Shown in pieces: positions 63,992 through 64,000 of a stretch of DNA of 64,000 bases (its first letter is position 1; each line of letters starts with the position of its first letter). This stretch comes from a virus. The DNA lies in the IMG/VR virus record IMGVR_UViG_3300045988_144737; one strand, written 5' to 3'. The notes beneath the pieces are model-generated. The model searched no databases. It was not told the origin of the DNA and saw only the letters and a list, made by a program, of their open reading frames with translations. The translations under genes and the position numbers were made by a program.

Positions 63992-64000
63992 ATGGAAACA
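63992..64000 (+). CDS. Start of a further early gene (3' end off-window)
   Basis: AAAGGAG RBS followed by the ATG at 63992. Confidence 0.4.

Noticed and set aside
1-64000. tRNA, rRNA and tmRNA genes.
   Set aside because: Scanning the intergenic gaps by eye found no cloverleaf-compatible sequence (no GTTCGAATC-type T-arm with a matching acceptor stem). A tRNAscan-SE run would be needed to exclude them formally.

Overview
AT-rich 64-kb stretch of a large tailed-phage genome. Its signals point to a low-GC Gram-positive host: AGGAGG-type RBSs, many TTGACA-17-TATAAT promoters, a lipobox lipoprotein, RecU, and anaerobic RNR. Layout: (i) 1-18.0 kb (+) is tail morphogenesis: a tape measure gene (5' end off-window), a two-gene moron, a 2397-aa modular tail protein, baseplate proteins, three paralogous fibre/RBP candidates and a tail fibre. 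(ii) 18.0-59.95 kb (-) holds about 80 tightly packed early, DNA-metabolism and replication genes: RecU, ThyX-like, dUTPase, NrdD/NrdG, RecD-like helicase, DnaE-type polymerase, nuclease, primase, DnaB-like helicase, Sak4-like ATPase, cold-shock protein, antirepressor, HAD nucleotidase, glucosaminidase, tyrosine recombinase and a MazF-like toxin. (iii) 59.95-61.0 kb is a 1-kb non-coding region. (iv) 61-64 kb (+) carries small early genes, several preceded by a shared inverted-repeat promoter cassette. Most notable observations: three group I introns (tape measure, nrdD, dnaE), each with a contiguous P10+P1 guide sequence readable in the DNA, and homing endonucleases at three stages of decay. 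There is also an immobilised IS607-type element whose TnpA is cut to a 34-aa HTH stub while TnpB is intact. Others are an orphan MazF/PemK toxin with no antitoxin ORF but upstream direct repeats, an ABC-ATPase/GNAT pair joined by a G5 -1 frameshift site, a back-to-back promoter locus with a candidate sRNA and a four-hairpin leader, and a repeated promoter/operator cassette driving putative host-takeover genes, including a very acidic DNA-mimic candidate. No rRNA, tRNA, CRISPR array or reverse transcriptase was seen. All family names come from motif recognition by eye. No database or covariance-model search was run.
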